From Octopus bimaculoides (taxonomy: Eukaryota): a DNA stretch of 64,000 nucleotides. Shown here piece by piece: positions 52,105 through 63,850 of this stretch (position 1 is the first letter of the stretch; the number at the start of each line of letters is the position of its first letter). The DNA lies in contig NC_068982.1 of NCBI RefSeq assembly GCF_001194135.2, positions 58,710,029 through 58,774,028 of the forward strand. Direction: 5' to 3'. Made by a program: the position numbers and the translations under genes. The notes below the pieces were generated by a model that saw only the letters and a program-made list of their open reading frames with translations, ran no database searches and was not told the origin of the DNA.

Positions 52105-52500
52105 AGGGATAGTTGTGGCTGTGTGGTAAGAAACTGGCTTCCCAATCACATGGTTCCGAGTTCAGTCCTACTGCGCGGCACCTTTCACATTTGTATTCTG
52201 CTATAATCCAAAACCTTATGAATGGAATTATTGTCTGTGTTTGTCCCCCACAACCGCTTGGCAACCCTCGTCTTGTTAAGTTTACGCCCTCGTAAACTAG
52301 CGGTTCAGCATAAGGCGACTGATAGAATAAGTACCAGTTTTCAAAAAAAAATTTTTTTAATAAATAAATAAATAAATAAATACAATAAATAAATAAAATA
52401 AACACAAAGAAAGAAGAAAACTACGTTCAATTTCATTCGAAAAGTTCTTCGGAGCGGCGTCCCAGCATGGCCGCGTTGTAATGATTGAAATAATTAAAAG
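52105..52500 (+). mobile_element. Family A SINE, diverged
   Basis: GTGGCTGTGTGGTAAG...GATAGAATAAGTACC...GTCCCAGCATGGCCGC. Confidence 0.78.
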
Positions 52501-52617
52501 ATACATGCACATATATATAATTACACATGTGTGCGCATGTGTATTTATGCATAGATATTTGTATACATGTGTGCTTAATGAAATGTATATGTATTTATAC
52601 ATATATGCGCATGTGTG

Positions 52618-52676
<59 letters not shown>

Positions 52677-54359
52677 ATAAATACCTACATACATACTATA
52701 TATACTTACGTATTTATTACATTTGTATGTAGAGTGTGTTGATGTGTGAGNNNNNNNNNNNNNNNNNNNNNNNNNNNNNNNNNNNNNNNNNNNNNNNNNN
52801 NNNNNNNNNNNNNNNNNNNNNNNNNNNNNNNNNNNNNNNNNNNNNNNNNNNNNNNNNNNNNNNNNNNNNNNNNNNNNNNNNNNNNNNNNNNNNNNNNNNN
52901 NNNNNNNNNNNNNNNNNNNNNNNNNNNNNNNNNNNNNNNNNNNNNNNNNNNNNNNNNNNNNNNNNNNNNNNNNNNNNNNNNNNNNNNNNNNNNNNNNNNN
53001 NNNNNNNNNNNNNNNNNNNNNNNNNNNNNNNNNNNNNNNNNNNNNNNNNNNNNNNNNNNNNNNNNNNNNNNNNNNNNNNNNNNNNNNNNNNNNNNNNNNN
53101 NNNNNNNNNNNNNNNNNNNNNNNNNNNNNNNNNNNNNNNNNNNNNNNNNNNNNNNNNNNNNNNNNNNNNNNNNNNNNNNNNNNNNNNNNNNNNNNNNNNN
53201 NNNNNNNNNNNNNNNNNNNNNNNNNNNNNNNNNNNNNNNNNNNNNNNNNNNNNNNNNNNNNNNNNNNNNNNNNNNNNNNNNNNNNNNNNNNNNNNNNNNN
53301 NNNNNNNNNNNNNNNNNNNNNNNNNNNNNNNNNNNNNNNNNNNNNNNNNNNNNNNNNNNNNNNNNNNNNNNNNNNNNNNNNNNNNNNNNNNNNNNNNNNN
53401 NNNNNNNNNNNNNNNNNNNNNNNNNNNNNNNNNNNNNNNNNNNNNNNNNNNNNNNNNNNNNNNNNNNNNNNNNNNNNNNNNNNNNNNNNNNNNNNNNNNN
53501 NNNNNNNNNNNNNNNNNNNNNNNNNNNNNNNNNNNNNNNNNNNNNNNNNNNNNATATATATATATATATGTGTGTGTGTGTATGTGTGTATGTATGTATG
53601 TATGTATGTGTGTATGTATGAATGAGCCTTTATGTTTGTCTCATCTACAGTTTAATAGCCGGTTTAGGTTTGTTTACGTCCCATAACTTAACGGTTCAGC
53701 CTCAGGTACAATAGAAAAAAACATCAGGTTTACATTTCAGTTCCAGGTTTGACAATCGACTAAACCCTATCAGAGTGGTGCCACAGCATGGCTGCAGACC
53801 AATGAATGAAAGAGATAAATCATAGAAGATTATGCAAAAGATTTTACACAAATATATATATACATACATAAGCACACACCAACAAACATACACACACGCA
53901 GTCACACACACATATATCAGCATGTGTGTGAGAATATGTTGTGTGTGCGTGTATGCGTGTAAGTTATGAAATACTTCCCTAGTCGAGGAGTTAAGAATGT
54001 ATGTTCATTCCATTCTAGTTGTGGGTTCATTCCCACACCACGGCATTTTGGTCAAGTGTCTTTCAGAATAGCCCTCGGTTGAGCAATATTTGATTAACAA
54101 AACTCAGAGGCCAGCCGGATACATATACAAACATATATATATATATATAATATATATATATATACTATTGAACCTTGGGAGGGGCATTATGCCGGTAATA
54201 ATAAACACACGCACTGGTTCGGTTCTTTATTGTTATTGTTCAATATTGTTCGTGTTGTTATTTCTACCAAATACAAATACGAACTATATATATATATATA
54301 TATATAATATACATATATATATATATATACATACATATATATATATATANNNNNNNNNN

Positions 54360-54406
<47 letters not shown>

Positions 54407-54562
54407 GCATATATACATAAATGTATATTTGTATATACGCATATATATTTACATAGGTATACTTACATATATACACACGCATATTTACATACACACAAAC
54501 ACATATATATACATACACACACAAGCATACATACACACACATGCATGCATATACATACATAC

Positions 54563-54606
<44 letters not shown>

Positions 54607-54653
54607 CACTATTCAATTTTTTTTTCTCCGTGTTTTTCTCCTTGTCTCCGTAT

Positions 54654-54690
54654 TCTTTCTGTTGAAGAGCGTAGCTCGAAACGTCAAAGA
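54654..54690 (+). ncRNA. Minimal type-I hammerhead ribozyme-like motif (variant core) inside a short repeat at ~54615-54780
   Basis: UCUUU | CUGUUGA | A | GAGC-GUA-GCUC | GAAA | C GUC | AAAGA. Stem I is 5 bp, stem II is 4 bp, stem III is the palindrome ACGU, and the GUC triplet is at 54683-54685. The core differs from CUGANGA at position 6. Confidence 0.6.
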
Positions 54691-55635
54691 CTTTCCGTAT
54701 TCCCGAGCGTCATACTAATATATACTTTTGTTATTTACACCACCTGTCCTCGTCTGTTGTTATTTTTTGTATATTCTCCCATATATATATATGCACAGGA
54801 CCGATCAGTGCCTCGTAAGCGAATTTAGTAGAAGGAAACTGCGTAGAAGCCCTTCGTATATATGAGTGTGTGTGTTTGGGTCTTTGTGTCAATGTTTGTT
54901 CGCGCCTCTATTTGACAATCATTTTTGCATTTGTTTAGATACCCGTCCTGTAGCAGTTCGGCAAAAATCAACGATGGAATATGTACTAGACTTTAAAGTA
55001 AGACCTGAGTCGATTTGTTCAACTAAAACGCTTGAAGGCGGTGTCCCAGCATGGCCATAGTCCAATGAACGAAATACGGAAACGATAAAAGAGGGGGAGA
55101 AAGATGCATATGTGCGCGTGCGTATTTGTATATATGTGTGTTATATATGCTTGTGGCCATTTGTGAGTTTATGTAGCGTACGTACACTGTTGGTTTTGTT
55201 AAATCCGGCGTTCTGTCAATATGGTCACTTAAACTAATCGATACTTGACTGAAATGACTATTGGAGCTGATATAATCGACTAAAAGCCCTTCATTGCGGT
55301 GCCCCAGTATAGCCGCAGTCTAACGTCAGAAAATAGTAAGAGAAAGACTGCGTGTGTATATATATGTGTGAGCATTTCTGTTTGTGTAATGTGCCCACGT
55401 GTTTTAAGTTATTTCCTTGGAGAAACAGATATATACGTAATACATATATATATACATATATACATACATTGAGCGGCGTAATTGGGTTTGTGTATGTGCG
55501 TGTCTCTGTAAGTGAACGAGTGGGAGTGCAAGCGTGTCTCAAACTTTTTTATGTCATAGGACTCCGTGCGAGCACACGTCGGCGTGTGTGTGTGTGTGTG
55601 TGTGTGTGTTGGGTTTAAATGTTTTCAGTTGTGAG

Positions 55636-55666
<31 letters not shown>

Positions 55667-55767
55667 TTGGATAAATAGATAGATTAGATAGATAGAGAGA
55701 TGCGTGTATACATGTATGCGTGTGCATATGTCGCGAATAAGTTTCATACGCATTTTATAAACGAATA

Positions 55768-55813
<46 letters not shown>

Positions 55814-56863
55814 CTTTCTACTCACGGACAAACACACACACACACACACGTATATATGTATATATATATATATACGTATATATATCAATTTGGACGTGAA
55901 TACGTGTGTATTTGCGTGTGTGCGTGTTCGTTTGGTCCTGGCTGGCTCACTTGCTTCAAGCTTTTCTGGCATCAGAAGCTGTAGCGGCGGCGGCGGGGAA
56001 ACCCGGAGCGCGTGTGTGTACGTGCAAGCGTATGTCGGTTTTTGCGTGTGTTCGTATGTGTGTGTGTATACGTGTGCATGTGTGTCTGTTTGCGTATGTG
56101 TACGAGGGGGTGCGTGGGGAAAGGGGATGCTACGGCGGCGGCGGAGACACGCCGGCTGGAAAGAAAAAAGTGGTAAAAAAAAACGATTAGTTAGTTACAC
56201 GGCACACTTTACCACCCTTACCCTCATTATTCTCTTAGTCTCTCTCTCTCTCTCTCTATCTATCATGTCTTCTTTCTCCTCTCTTTCTCTGTCTCTTTAT
56301 TCTATCATCCCACTGCCGTGCTTCCTTCTCCTGCCGTCCTACCAACCTGCCTGCCCTCCCTCGTCATCACATCCTGCCTCAAGAACAACGGCCTCACTTC
56401 GTCTCATCTTCCTACGCAGCCGTGTGACAAGTCTGCCACGCTCCCTACTGCCTTTCCTCTTTCTCCCTCTTACTCATACCCTTTCTTTTTTTTTCCTTGT
56501 TTTTTCTCTCTCTCTATCTCTCTGTCTTCGCTCTCTGTCTGTCTGTCTTTCTCTTTCACTTCAGCCCTTCCTCCTTCCCTTCAATGAATGGCACGTGCCC
56601 AGGCAACAGACCAAGCCACCCAGCCTTGTTTTTTCCTTCTCTGCCTGCTGCTCTTGCCAACCGACAAACCAGCCACCCAACCAGACTTTTGCAGTCAGTC
56701 AGTCAGTCAAGCAGCCAGACAGACGTACAGACAAGCTGACATGCAGACTAGCAAAACAGGCAGTCAGGCAGACATGCAGCCAGCCAGCCAGCCAGCCAAA
56801 CAGACATCCTGTCAGACAGGCAGACAGTCAGTCAGTCAGCCAGATAGTCGAACAAACAGATAT

Positions 56864-57032
56864 AAGGCGCTGACACGGATATGTAACTAAGATACTCGCT
56901 TTGTAACCATGTGGTTTCGGGTTCAGTCCCGCTGCGCAGAACCTTCAAGCAAATATCTTCACCTATTGCTTCTACAGACCGACCAATGTCATGTGAATGA
57001 ATTTGGTAGACAGAAATTGTGTGGAAACTGAT

Positions 57033-57074
<42 letters not shown>

Positions 57075-57270
57075 TTCACTCCACCCCTACCGTTTGACAA
57101 CTGGTGTTGGTTTATTTACGTCCCTGTAAATCCGTCGCTTAGCGAGCCAGCCTAAGAGAACGATAGATTAAGTACTGGACATTGAACTAAGTACTGGGGG
57201 TCGATTTGTTCCACCAAAACCTTCAAGGTAGTGTTACAGCATGGTCGCAGTTTTATAATTGAAACAAGTT
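56864..57270 (+). mobile_element. Family A SINE, diverged full length
   Basis: Family A modules in order. Confidence 0.75.
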
Positions 57271-57684
57271 AAAGGTAAACTATAAACGTAGACGGTTATA
57301 TAGACAGACAGACATAGAACTATATACATGCTGACTGCCAGGCAAACATACATGTACACAGACAGACATGGACACAGACAGACAGACAAAAGGGAGGCAG
57401 ACAGACTGACATACAGTCATCTCGTTTCTATCCCAACATTTTTGTTTTCTTTTGTTTTTTGTTATACCAATGTTGTTTTATCACTCTGTAAACACGTCTA
57501 ACTCCCTTTTTTTAAGTAACAATAATAACAACATGTATTCTGCCTGTGAAGAAAGAATAAATATTGATATCACTACCATTTACGAACGCAACATGTCACC
57601 GCCACCACTAGCACCACCACCACTAATACTACCATTAGTGGCACTGAGTCTAAGTTTGTATCTACTATAAATAGTTATAAAAAC

Positions 57685-58018
57685 CCCTTTTCGGTTATGA
57701 ATGACCATAAGATTATACCCTTGAAGTTACCCCTCTGAGGCACAAGTCCAGGCAAAATTGCTTCTGGAAGACCAACAGTTGCCCATGCGTATCATGCCTT
57801 CCCTATCCAAGCCACCGATGTTATTCAAAGGAAAGGCAAAGACCGATACAAATTGGCACCAGTAACGCCGCAAGTCATTTCTATAGCTGAATGAACTGGA
57901 GCAACGTGAAATAAAGTGCCTTGCTCAAGAACAGAACACACAGCCCGGTCCGCGAGTCGAACTCACTAACTTATGATTGTGAGCCCGACGTTCTAACCAG
58001 CGAGCTATGCGCCTTCAC
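57685..58018 (-). mobile_element. Family C SINE, full length with a long tail
   Basis: Reverse-complement head GTGAAGGCGCATAGCTCGCTGGTTAGAACGTCGGGCTCACAATC followed by ~190 bp of tail. Confidence 0.8.
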
Positions 58019-58344
58019 AAATAGCAATAAGCTTCTAATAATTCCATGGACACAGTAAGAGTTGTCTTTCTCTGATGAAGATCTAAGAAAACTAGAAACT
58101 AACTAAAACTATCCCTTCTATTCAGAGAGATAAATTCCTATGATATAACAAATTTGGATGCTTTGACGAAAAGGCAAAAACTGAATTATGTTTTTGTAAA
58201 AAAAATACAAAACATAATGTGGTATTATATTAATAAATTCTAATCGATTTGTCGGCCTGTCCTCTTCCCTTTCCCTTCCTCTTCACGCGTGTGTATTTAT
58301 ATAGATGTACGCGTATGCATTTTTGTTATGTATTTGTGAAAATA

Positions 58345-58506
58345 GGCGCAGGCGTGGCTGTGTAGTAAGAAGCTTGCTTTCCAACCACATGGTTTCGGGT
58401 TCAGTCCCACTGCATGGCACTTTGAGCAAGTGTCTTCTACTATAGCCTCGGGTCAACCGAAGCCTTGTGAGTGGATTTGGTAGACGGAAACTGAAAGAAA
58501 CCTTTC

Positions 58507-58540
<34 letters not shown>

Positions 58541-58750
58541 CTATATGTACATATTTATGTGTGTATTTTTGTCTGTGTTTGTCACCCCACTCCATCGCTT
58601 GACAACCGATGTTGGTGTGTTTACGTCCCCGTAACTTTGCGGTCGGTTTAGCAAAAGAGACTGATACAATAAGTACTAAGCTTAGAAAAGAATAAGTCTT
58701 GGAGCCGATTTCCTCAATCAAATGACCGAAGCCAATGACAAAATAAAAGA
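58345..58750 (+). mobile_element. Family A SINE (tRNA-derived head, CORE-like segment), full-length reference copy
   Basis: A-box-like TGGCTGTGTAG and B-box-like GGTTCAGTCC, then GGCAC(C/T)TTG(G/A)GCAAGTGTCTT (resembles the MIR/CORE GTGACCTTGGGCAAGT motif), an internal (TA)n/(TG)n linker and an A-rich end. More than 30 copies or fragments occur in the window. Probably one of the described octopus tRNA-SINE families; not verified. Confidence 0.88.
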
Positions 58751-58870
58751 ATATACATAAATACAAACATATATAGCCTCTGGTTTTGCTCCATAGTTAT
58801 GGTTGTTGCGAACATAACACTGCACATATTGTAAGAAGTAAAATACTAATGCGTTATAGATATAAAACAA

Positions 58871-59103
58871 AGGCGGTGAGCTGGCAGAAACGTTAGCACG
58901 CCGGGCGAAATGCTTAGCCGTATTTCGTCTGCCGCTACGTTCTGAGTTCAAATTCCGCCGAGGTCGACTTTGCCTTTCATCCTTTCGGGGTCGATTAAAT
59001 AAGTACCAGTTACGCACTGGGGTCGATATAATTGACTTAATCCCTTCGTCTGTCCTTGTTTGTCCCCTCTGTGTGTAGCCCCTTGTGGGCAGTAAAGAAA
59101 TAG
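58871..59103 (+). mobile_element. Family B SINE (tRNA-derived), full length with a 12-bp TSD
   Basis: GGCGGTGAGCTGGCAGAAACG (A-box-like), GAGTTCAAATTCC (B-box-like), GCCTTTCATCCTTTCGGGGTCGAT. The TSD GATATAAAACAA is at 58859-58870 and 59104-59115. Confidence 0.92.
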
Positions 59104-59284
59104 GATATAAAACAATGTATTTGTAGGGTGAGATATAGTCACTTCAAGCAATCTTACAAATTGATTAGTAAAATTCTTTATCAATTCCAAAGAAGGCTAT
59201 ATTTAAACGTTAAACCATCCTGGCCGTATTTAATCTCAGAACGTTAAGGTATATAACTAAATACTTAACGCCTACATATATAGA

Positions 59285-59470
59285 TTGGCACTCCGTTCGG
59301 TTGTGACGACGAGTGTTCCAGTTGATCCGATCAACAGAACAGCCTGCTCGTGAAATTAACGTGCAAGTGGTTGAGCACTCCACAGACACGCATACTCTTG
59401 ACATAGTTCTCAGGGAGGTTCAGCGTAACATAGAATGGGACAAAGCTGGCCTTTTGAAATACAAGGAGGT
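59285..59470 (-). mobile_element. Tail type D fragment
   Basis: Reverse complement of 42300-42483. Confidence 0.75.
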
Positions 59471-59489
59471 TCAGTACGACACAGTACAG

Positions 59490-59549
59490 CAGACGAAATG
59501 GCGTTAAGCATTTCGCCCGTCGTGCTAACTATTCTACCAGCTCGCTGCC

Positions 59550-59620
<71 letters not shown>

Positions 59621-59820
59621 TCTACTCTAGGCACAAGGCCTTGAAAATTTGGTTGGAGGAAGGGGGATAGTCGATTACGTCGACCCTAGTGCGTAACTGA
59701 TACTTAGTTTATTGACCCTGAAAGGATAGAAGGCAAAGTTGACCTCGGTGGAATTTAAACTCAAAATGTAAAGACGGACGAAAATGCTGCTAACCATTCT
59801 CTCGGCTCGCTGCCTTAGTA
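59490..59820 (-). mobile_element. Family B SINE head plus a second family B copy separated by (AAT)n/(ATT)n
   Basis: Reverse complement of family B motifs. Confidence 0.78.
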
Positions 59821-59868
59821 ATAATGATAATAATAATAATAATAATAATATCAATGATAATCATATAT

Positions 59869-59904
<36 letters not shown>

Positions 59905-60050
59905 CTTTTACTCTTTTACTTGTTTCAGTCATTTGGCTGTCGCCATGCTGGAGCACCGCCTTTAGTCGAGCAAATCGACCCCAGGATTTATTCTTTGGAA
60001 GCCTAGTACTTATTCTATCGGTCTCTTTTGCCGAACCGCTAAGTTACGGG
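59905..60050 (-). mobile_element. Family A SINE 3' half, cut by a 10-N gap
   Basis: TTTTACTTGTTTCAGTCATTTGGCTGTCGCCATGCTGGAGCACCGCC...CCGCTAAGTTACGGGG. Confidence 0.85.
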
Positions 60051-60061
60051 GNNNNNNNNNN

Positions 60062-60102
<41 letters not shown>

Positions 60103-60402
60103 AAAGATACATCACTAAAGTGGAAGACTTATATCACGCTTATACTCTCTATCCAGCTGTGGCTCTTTAACATGAAAAAGGAATATATTAAAAATCGGAT
60201 GTGTTTTATTTGCACTCATTTTCACAGGCTATGCATTGCATGCCTTGCAAAGATGCAGGAAACGCCACATGTTAGGACTGATATCACATTCTTGGGGTTG
60301 AAATATTAGGACGAATATCATCGTTTTGGGGTTTATAGTCACTGTGTTGTTGCTACTGAACATTGCGATCTTCCCTAGGTAGATACTAGTGGTTTCGTTC
60401 TC

Positions 60403-60560
60403 GAGTGGCTGTGTGGTTAAGAAGTTTGTTTTCCAAATCACATGCTTCGGGGTTCAGTCCCTCTGCGTGGGAATTTGGGCAAGTGTCTTCTATGATAGTC
60501 CCGAACAGACCAAAGTCTTAAGAGTGGATTTGAAAGACGGAAACTGAAAAAAGTCTGTTC
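60403..60560 (+). mobile_element. Family A SINE 5' half
   Basis: GAGTGGCTGTGTGGTTAAG...GACGGAAACTGAAAAAAG. Confidence 0.8.
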
Positions 60561-61082
60561 GAAAAAAAAAGTTCATTTTCTATGTTTTTGTTTTCCTATT
60601 CTCGTTTTTCATGTTCACGTTATTTTTTTGACGTCCTGTAATCATATATGCATGTGTATATACATACATATATGTACATACCTATTTATATATGTATATA
60701 TAANNNNNNNNNNNNNNNNNNNNNNNNNNNNNNNNNNNNNNNNNNNNNNNNNNNNNNNNNNNNNNNNNNNNNNNNNNNNNNNNNNNNNNNNNNNNNNNNN
60801 NNNNNNNNNNNNNNNNNNNNNNNNNNNNNNNNNNNNNNNNNNNNNNNNNNNNNNNNNNNNNNNNNNNNNNNNNNNNNNNNNNNNNNNNNNNNNNNNNNNN
60901 NNNNNNNNNNNNNNNNNNNNNNNNNNNNNNNNNNNNNNNNNNNNNNNNNNNNNNNNNNNNNNNNNNNNNNNNNNNNNNNNNNNNNNNNNNNNNNNNNNNN
61001 NNNNNNNNNNNNNNNNNNNNNNNNNNNNNNNNNNNNNNNNNNNNNNNNNNNNNNNNNNNNNNNNNNNNNNNNNNNNNNNNNN

Positions 61083-61116
<34 letters not shown>

Positions 61117-61414
61117 TTTGTGTGTATGTATATATATATGTATGTATATATGCATGCATGCATGTATTTATGTATAAGTAATACGAATGAACGGAAATAT
61201 TCAGAATTGTAAATCGGAAACGATAAAAATGTAACGAAGCTTTACTATTTCGAGTTATTTGTCAAACAAATTTTGTGAACTCTTTTTTTCTGTATTTTAT
61301 TAACGATAGACATTTAAAATTACAGATATTTATGAATAATACTCGAATTTTCAAAGACCTATTAACTGGTATTCACGTCTGTATGATAGAAAATACATAG
61401 AGAAAATATTTTGG

Positions 61415-61625
61415 CTTCAAATTTTGGCACGAGGTTAGCAATTTCTGGTGAGGGTATAAGTCGATTACATTGAATCCAGTGCATAAACTGGGACATATTT
61501 TATTGACCTCGAAAGGATAAAAGGCAAAGTCGACCAGGGCGGCATTTGAACTCAGTAGGTAAAGACGGACAAAATACCGCTAAGCATTTTGCCCGGCGTG
61601 CTAACGATTCTGTCAACTTGTCGCG
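61415..61625 (-). mobile_element. Family B SINE
   Basis: GGCAAAGTCGACC..ATTTGAACTCAG..GCTAAGCATTTTGCCCGGCGTGCTAACGATTCTG. Confidence 0.82.
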
Positions 61626-61822
61626 TATTGGGGAAATTAAATTGAATGTTCTAAAGTTATCTGTAATGTTGAAACGACTACTTTTTTAACCAAGTTACTC
61701 GCACGGAGTCATGTGGCATGAATTTACAGAAATTATGTCTGGATCCATTCATGTAATCGTATATAACTGGCCTCCTTTAAATTAAATATATAGAAAGCAC
61801 ACTCAAATGAGTAAATATATGT

Positions 61823-62190
61823 CGTGCCTTTTCCTGTTTTCTCTCATGGCTCGTCCACCTAGCGTTCATAATAATTCTTCTATCGTCTTGGCTCAACAGC
61901 CCTCACCGTTTGTTTTTACTGTCTTGTTCTCACTGTCCTGTTCTTGTTAACACTTTCACCCTATCTGTTTCGAAGGCAAGGACAATACGCGACTTCGTTC
62001 AAACAGTCCTTCCCGCAAAGCAAATTAAATAAAATTTGGGATTTTTTGCGGAGGGTGAAAGTGTTAACAAGAACGGGACAGTGACAACAAGACAGTAAAA
62101 ACAAACGGTGAGGGCTGTTGAGCCAAGACGATAGAAAAATTATTATGAACGCTAGGTGGACGAGCCATGAGAGGAGACAGGAAAGGCACG
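61823..62190. repeat. Foldback: ~140-bp inverted arms around an 89-bp spacer
   Basis: 61823-61962 is the reverse complement of 62052-62190 with only a handful of differences. No TSD seen. Confidence 0.9.
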
Positions 62191-62597
62191 TCTTTTCTTT
62201 AGGAAAGAAGTGGACAGAAAGAACGATCCCCTTTCGTCACGTGTCAGCGACGAGAGAGTCAAGGAGGAAGAGTGGGAGGGGGGGAACGGTGAAGGGGAGA
62301 GACGAGTAGGGAAAGCGTGGGAGAGAAAAACAGAAAGGATGAAGAACAAGCGAGGGAGAGAGATAGACTGAGAAGAGATAGTAGAAGAGTGTGCATCGTA
62401 ATTATTAAGATAAAACTTACTTGGAAAAGGATGCGTGGCGTTCGATCATATAATATAAATAATATATAAATATATGCATATATCCATACTATATCCGTAC
62501 GTATATGTACATACCTACATATATATGTATATATACATGCATATATGGGTACATATTATATCATATTATACACGCGCGCGCGCGCGCACAGACACAG

Positions 62598-62631
<34 letters not shown>

Positions 62632-62636
62632 ATGCA

Positions 62637-62708
62637 CGAAGTGGTGCTGAAAAGTTCCCGGGTTTAAGAGTATCGTAAAAGATCTGGCTGGGAGCCCAGC
62701 CTTCCGAG
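62637..62708 (+). mobile_element. One end of the same mariner MITE family as 28049-28263, truncated by a gap
   Basis: CGAAGTGGTGCTGAAAAGTTCCCGGGTTTAAGAGTATCGTAAAAGATCTGG matches the reverse complement of 28190-28263. Confidence 0.65.
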
Positions 62709-63573
62709 NNNNNNNNNNNNNNNNNNNNNNNNNNNNNNNNNNNNNNNNNNNNNNNNNNNNNNNNNNNNNNNNNNNNNNNNNNNNNNNNNNNNNNNNNNNN
62801 NNNNNNNNNNNNNNNNNNNNNNNNNNNNNNNNNNNNNNNNNNNNNNNNNNNNNNNNNNNNNNNNNNNNNNNNNNNNNNNNNNNNNNNNNNNNNNNNNNNN
62901 NNNNNNNNNNNNNNNNNNNNNNNNNNNNNNNNNNNNNNNNNNNNNNNNNNNNNNNNNNNNNNNNNNNNNNNNNNNNNNNNNNNNNNNNNNNNNNNNNNNN
63001 NNNNNNNNNNTTTTTCTTTTTTTTTCTTTTTTTTTTCCACAGCAGGGTTTAAAAATGGTTTCAAATTATCCCAAAGAAAGTTACGTAGTGCATTTTTAAT
63101 GAAATAATTAATTCACACACAAACAGATACTCACATACATACACACACACATTCATTCATACTTACATACCTACATATATATATATATGCATGCATATTA
63201 GCGCTAACGAACGGAAGAAGGATTTTCTCAGTACCTGAGTTAGAGTGTCTAATTTATTAGGTCAGCCGAAATAAATAAGGTGTTCACCTAATATATTGTG
63301 TTTGTGTGTGTGTGTGTGTGTGTACGTGTGCGTGTGTGTTACATAAGCATTCGCAAAAAAACAGAGAGGTAAATTGCTTGCTAGCTACCTTAACCGATAG
63401 GTAGATAGATAGATAGATACCCAGAAAAACATATTTTGAGAGAGTGAGAAAGACAATAAAAATTCAGAATTACACACACAACACACAAACACAACACTAC
63501 ACAACACACACAATACCGTACTTGAGCCTATCTTACCACACCCAATGTATATATGTGTATATGGAATACAAAG

Positions 63574-63834
63574 TTGGAGGCGCGTGGCTTAGTGGTTAGG
63601 GTGTCAGCATCATGATCGTAAGATTGTGGTTTCGATTCCTGGACCGGGCAACGCATTGTGTTCTTGAGCAAAACACTTCATTCCACGTTGCTCCAGTCCA
63701 CTCAGCTGGCAAAAATGAGTAACGCTGCTATGGACTGGCGTCCCGTCCAGCTGGGGAACACATACGCCATTGAAACCGCGAAACCGTGCCCATGAGCCTG
63801 ACTAGGCTTTAAAAGGGCGCATTTATTTTATTTT
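63574..63834 (+). mobile_element. Family C SINE (tRNA-derived), full length with a 16-bp TSD
   Basis: TGGCTTAGTGG (A box), GTTTCGATTCC (B box), GTGTTCTTGAGCAAAACACTT..., ATTT tail. The TSD TATATGGAATACAAAG is at 63558-63573 and 63835-63850. Confidence 0.92.
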
Positions 63835-63850
63835 TATATGGAATACAAAG

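Noticed and set aside
55767-56873. 368-aa ORF without Ns
   Set aside because: Crosses TG, TC and CAGN repeats. It is low-complexity, with no recognisable domain or splice support.
58072-58112. CTGATGA-A-GATCTA...TAGAAACTA possible third hammerhead
   Set aside because: Stem II cannot close before GAAA and stem I is not complementary; at most a decayed relic.
1670-61212. YI/CV/HT/MYVC/RE/SL-rich ORFs
   Set aside because: Translations of (TA)n, (TG)n, (TACA)n and (GA)n microsatellites, with no domain-like composition.
62270-62325. G-run cluster as a possible G-quadruplex
   Set aside because: Long irregular loops within a generic purine-rich tract; no supporting context.
516-63064. Long ORFs in the track containing X runs
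   Set aside because: They are open only because N-gaps contain no stop codons.
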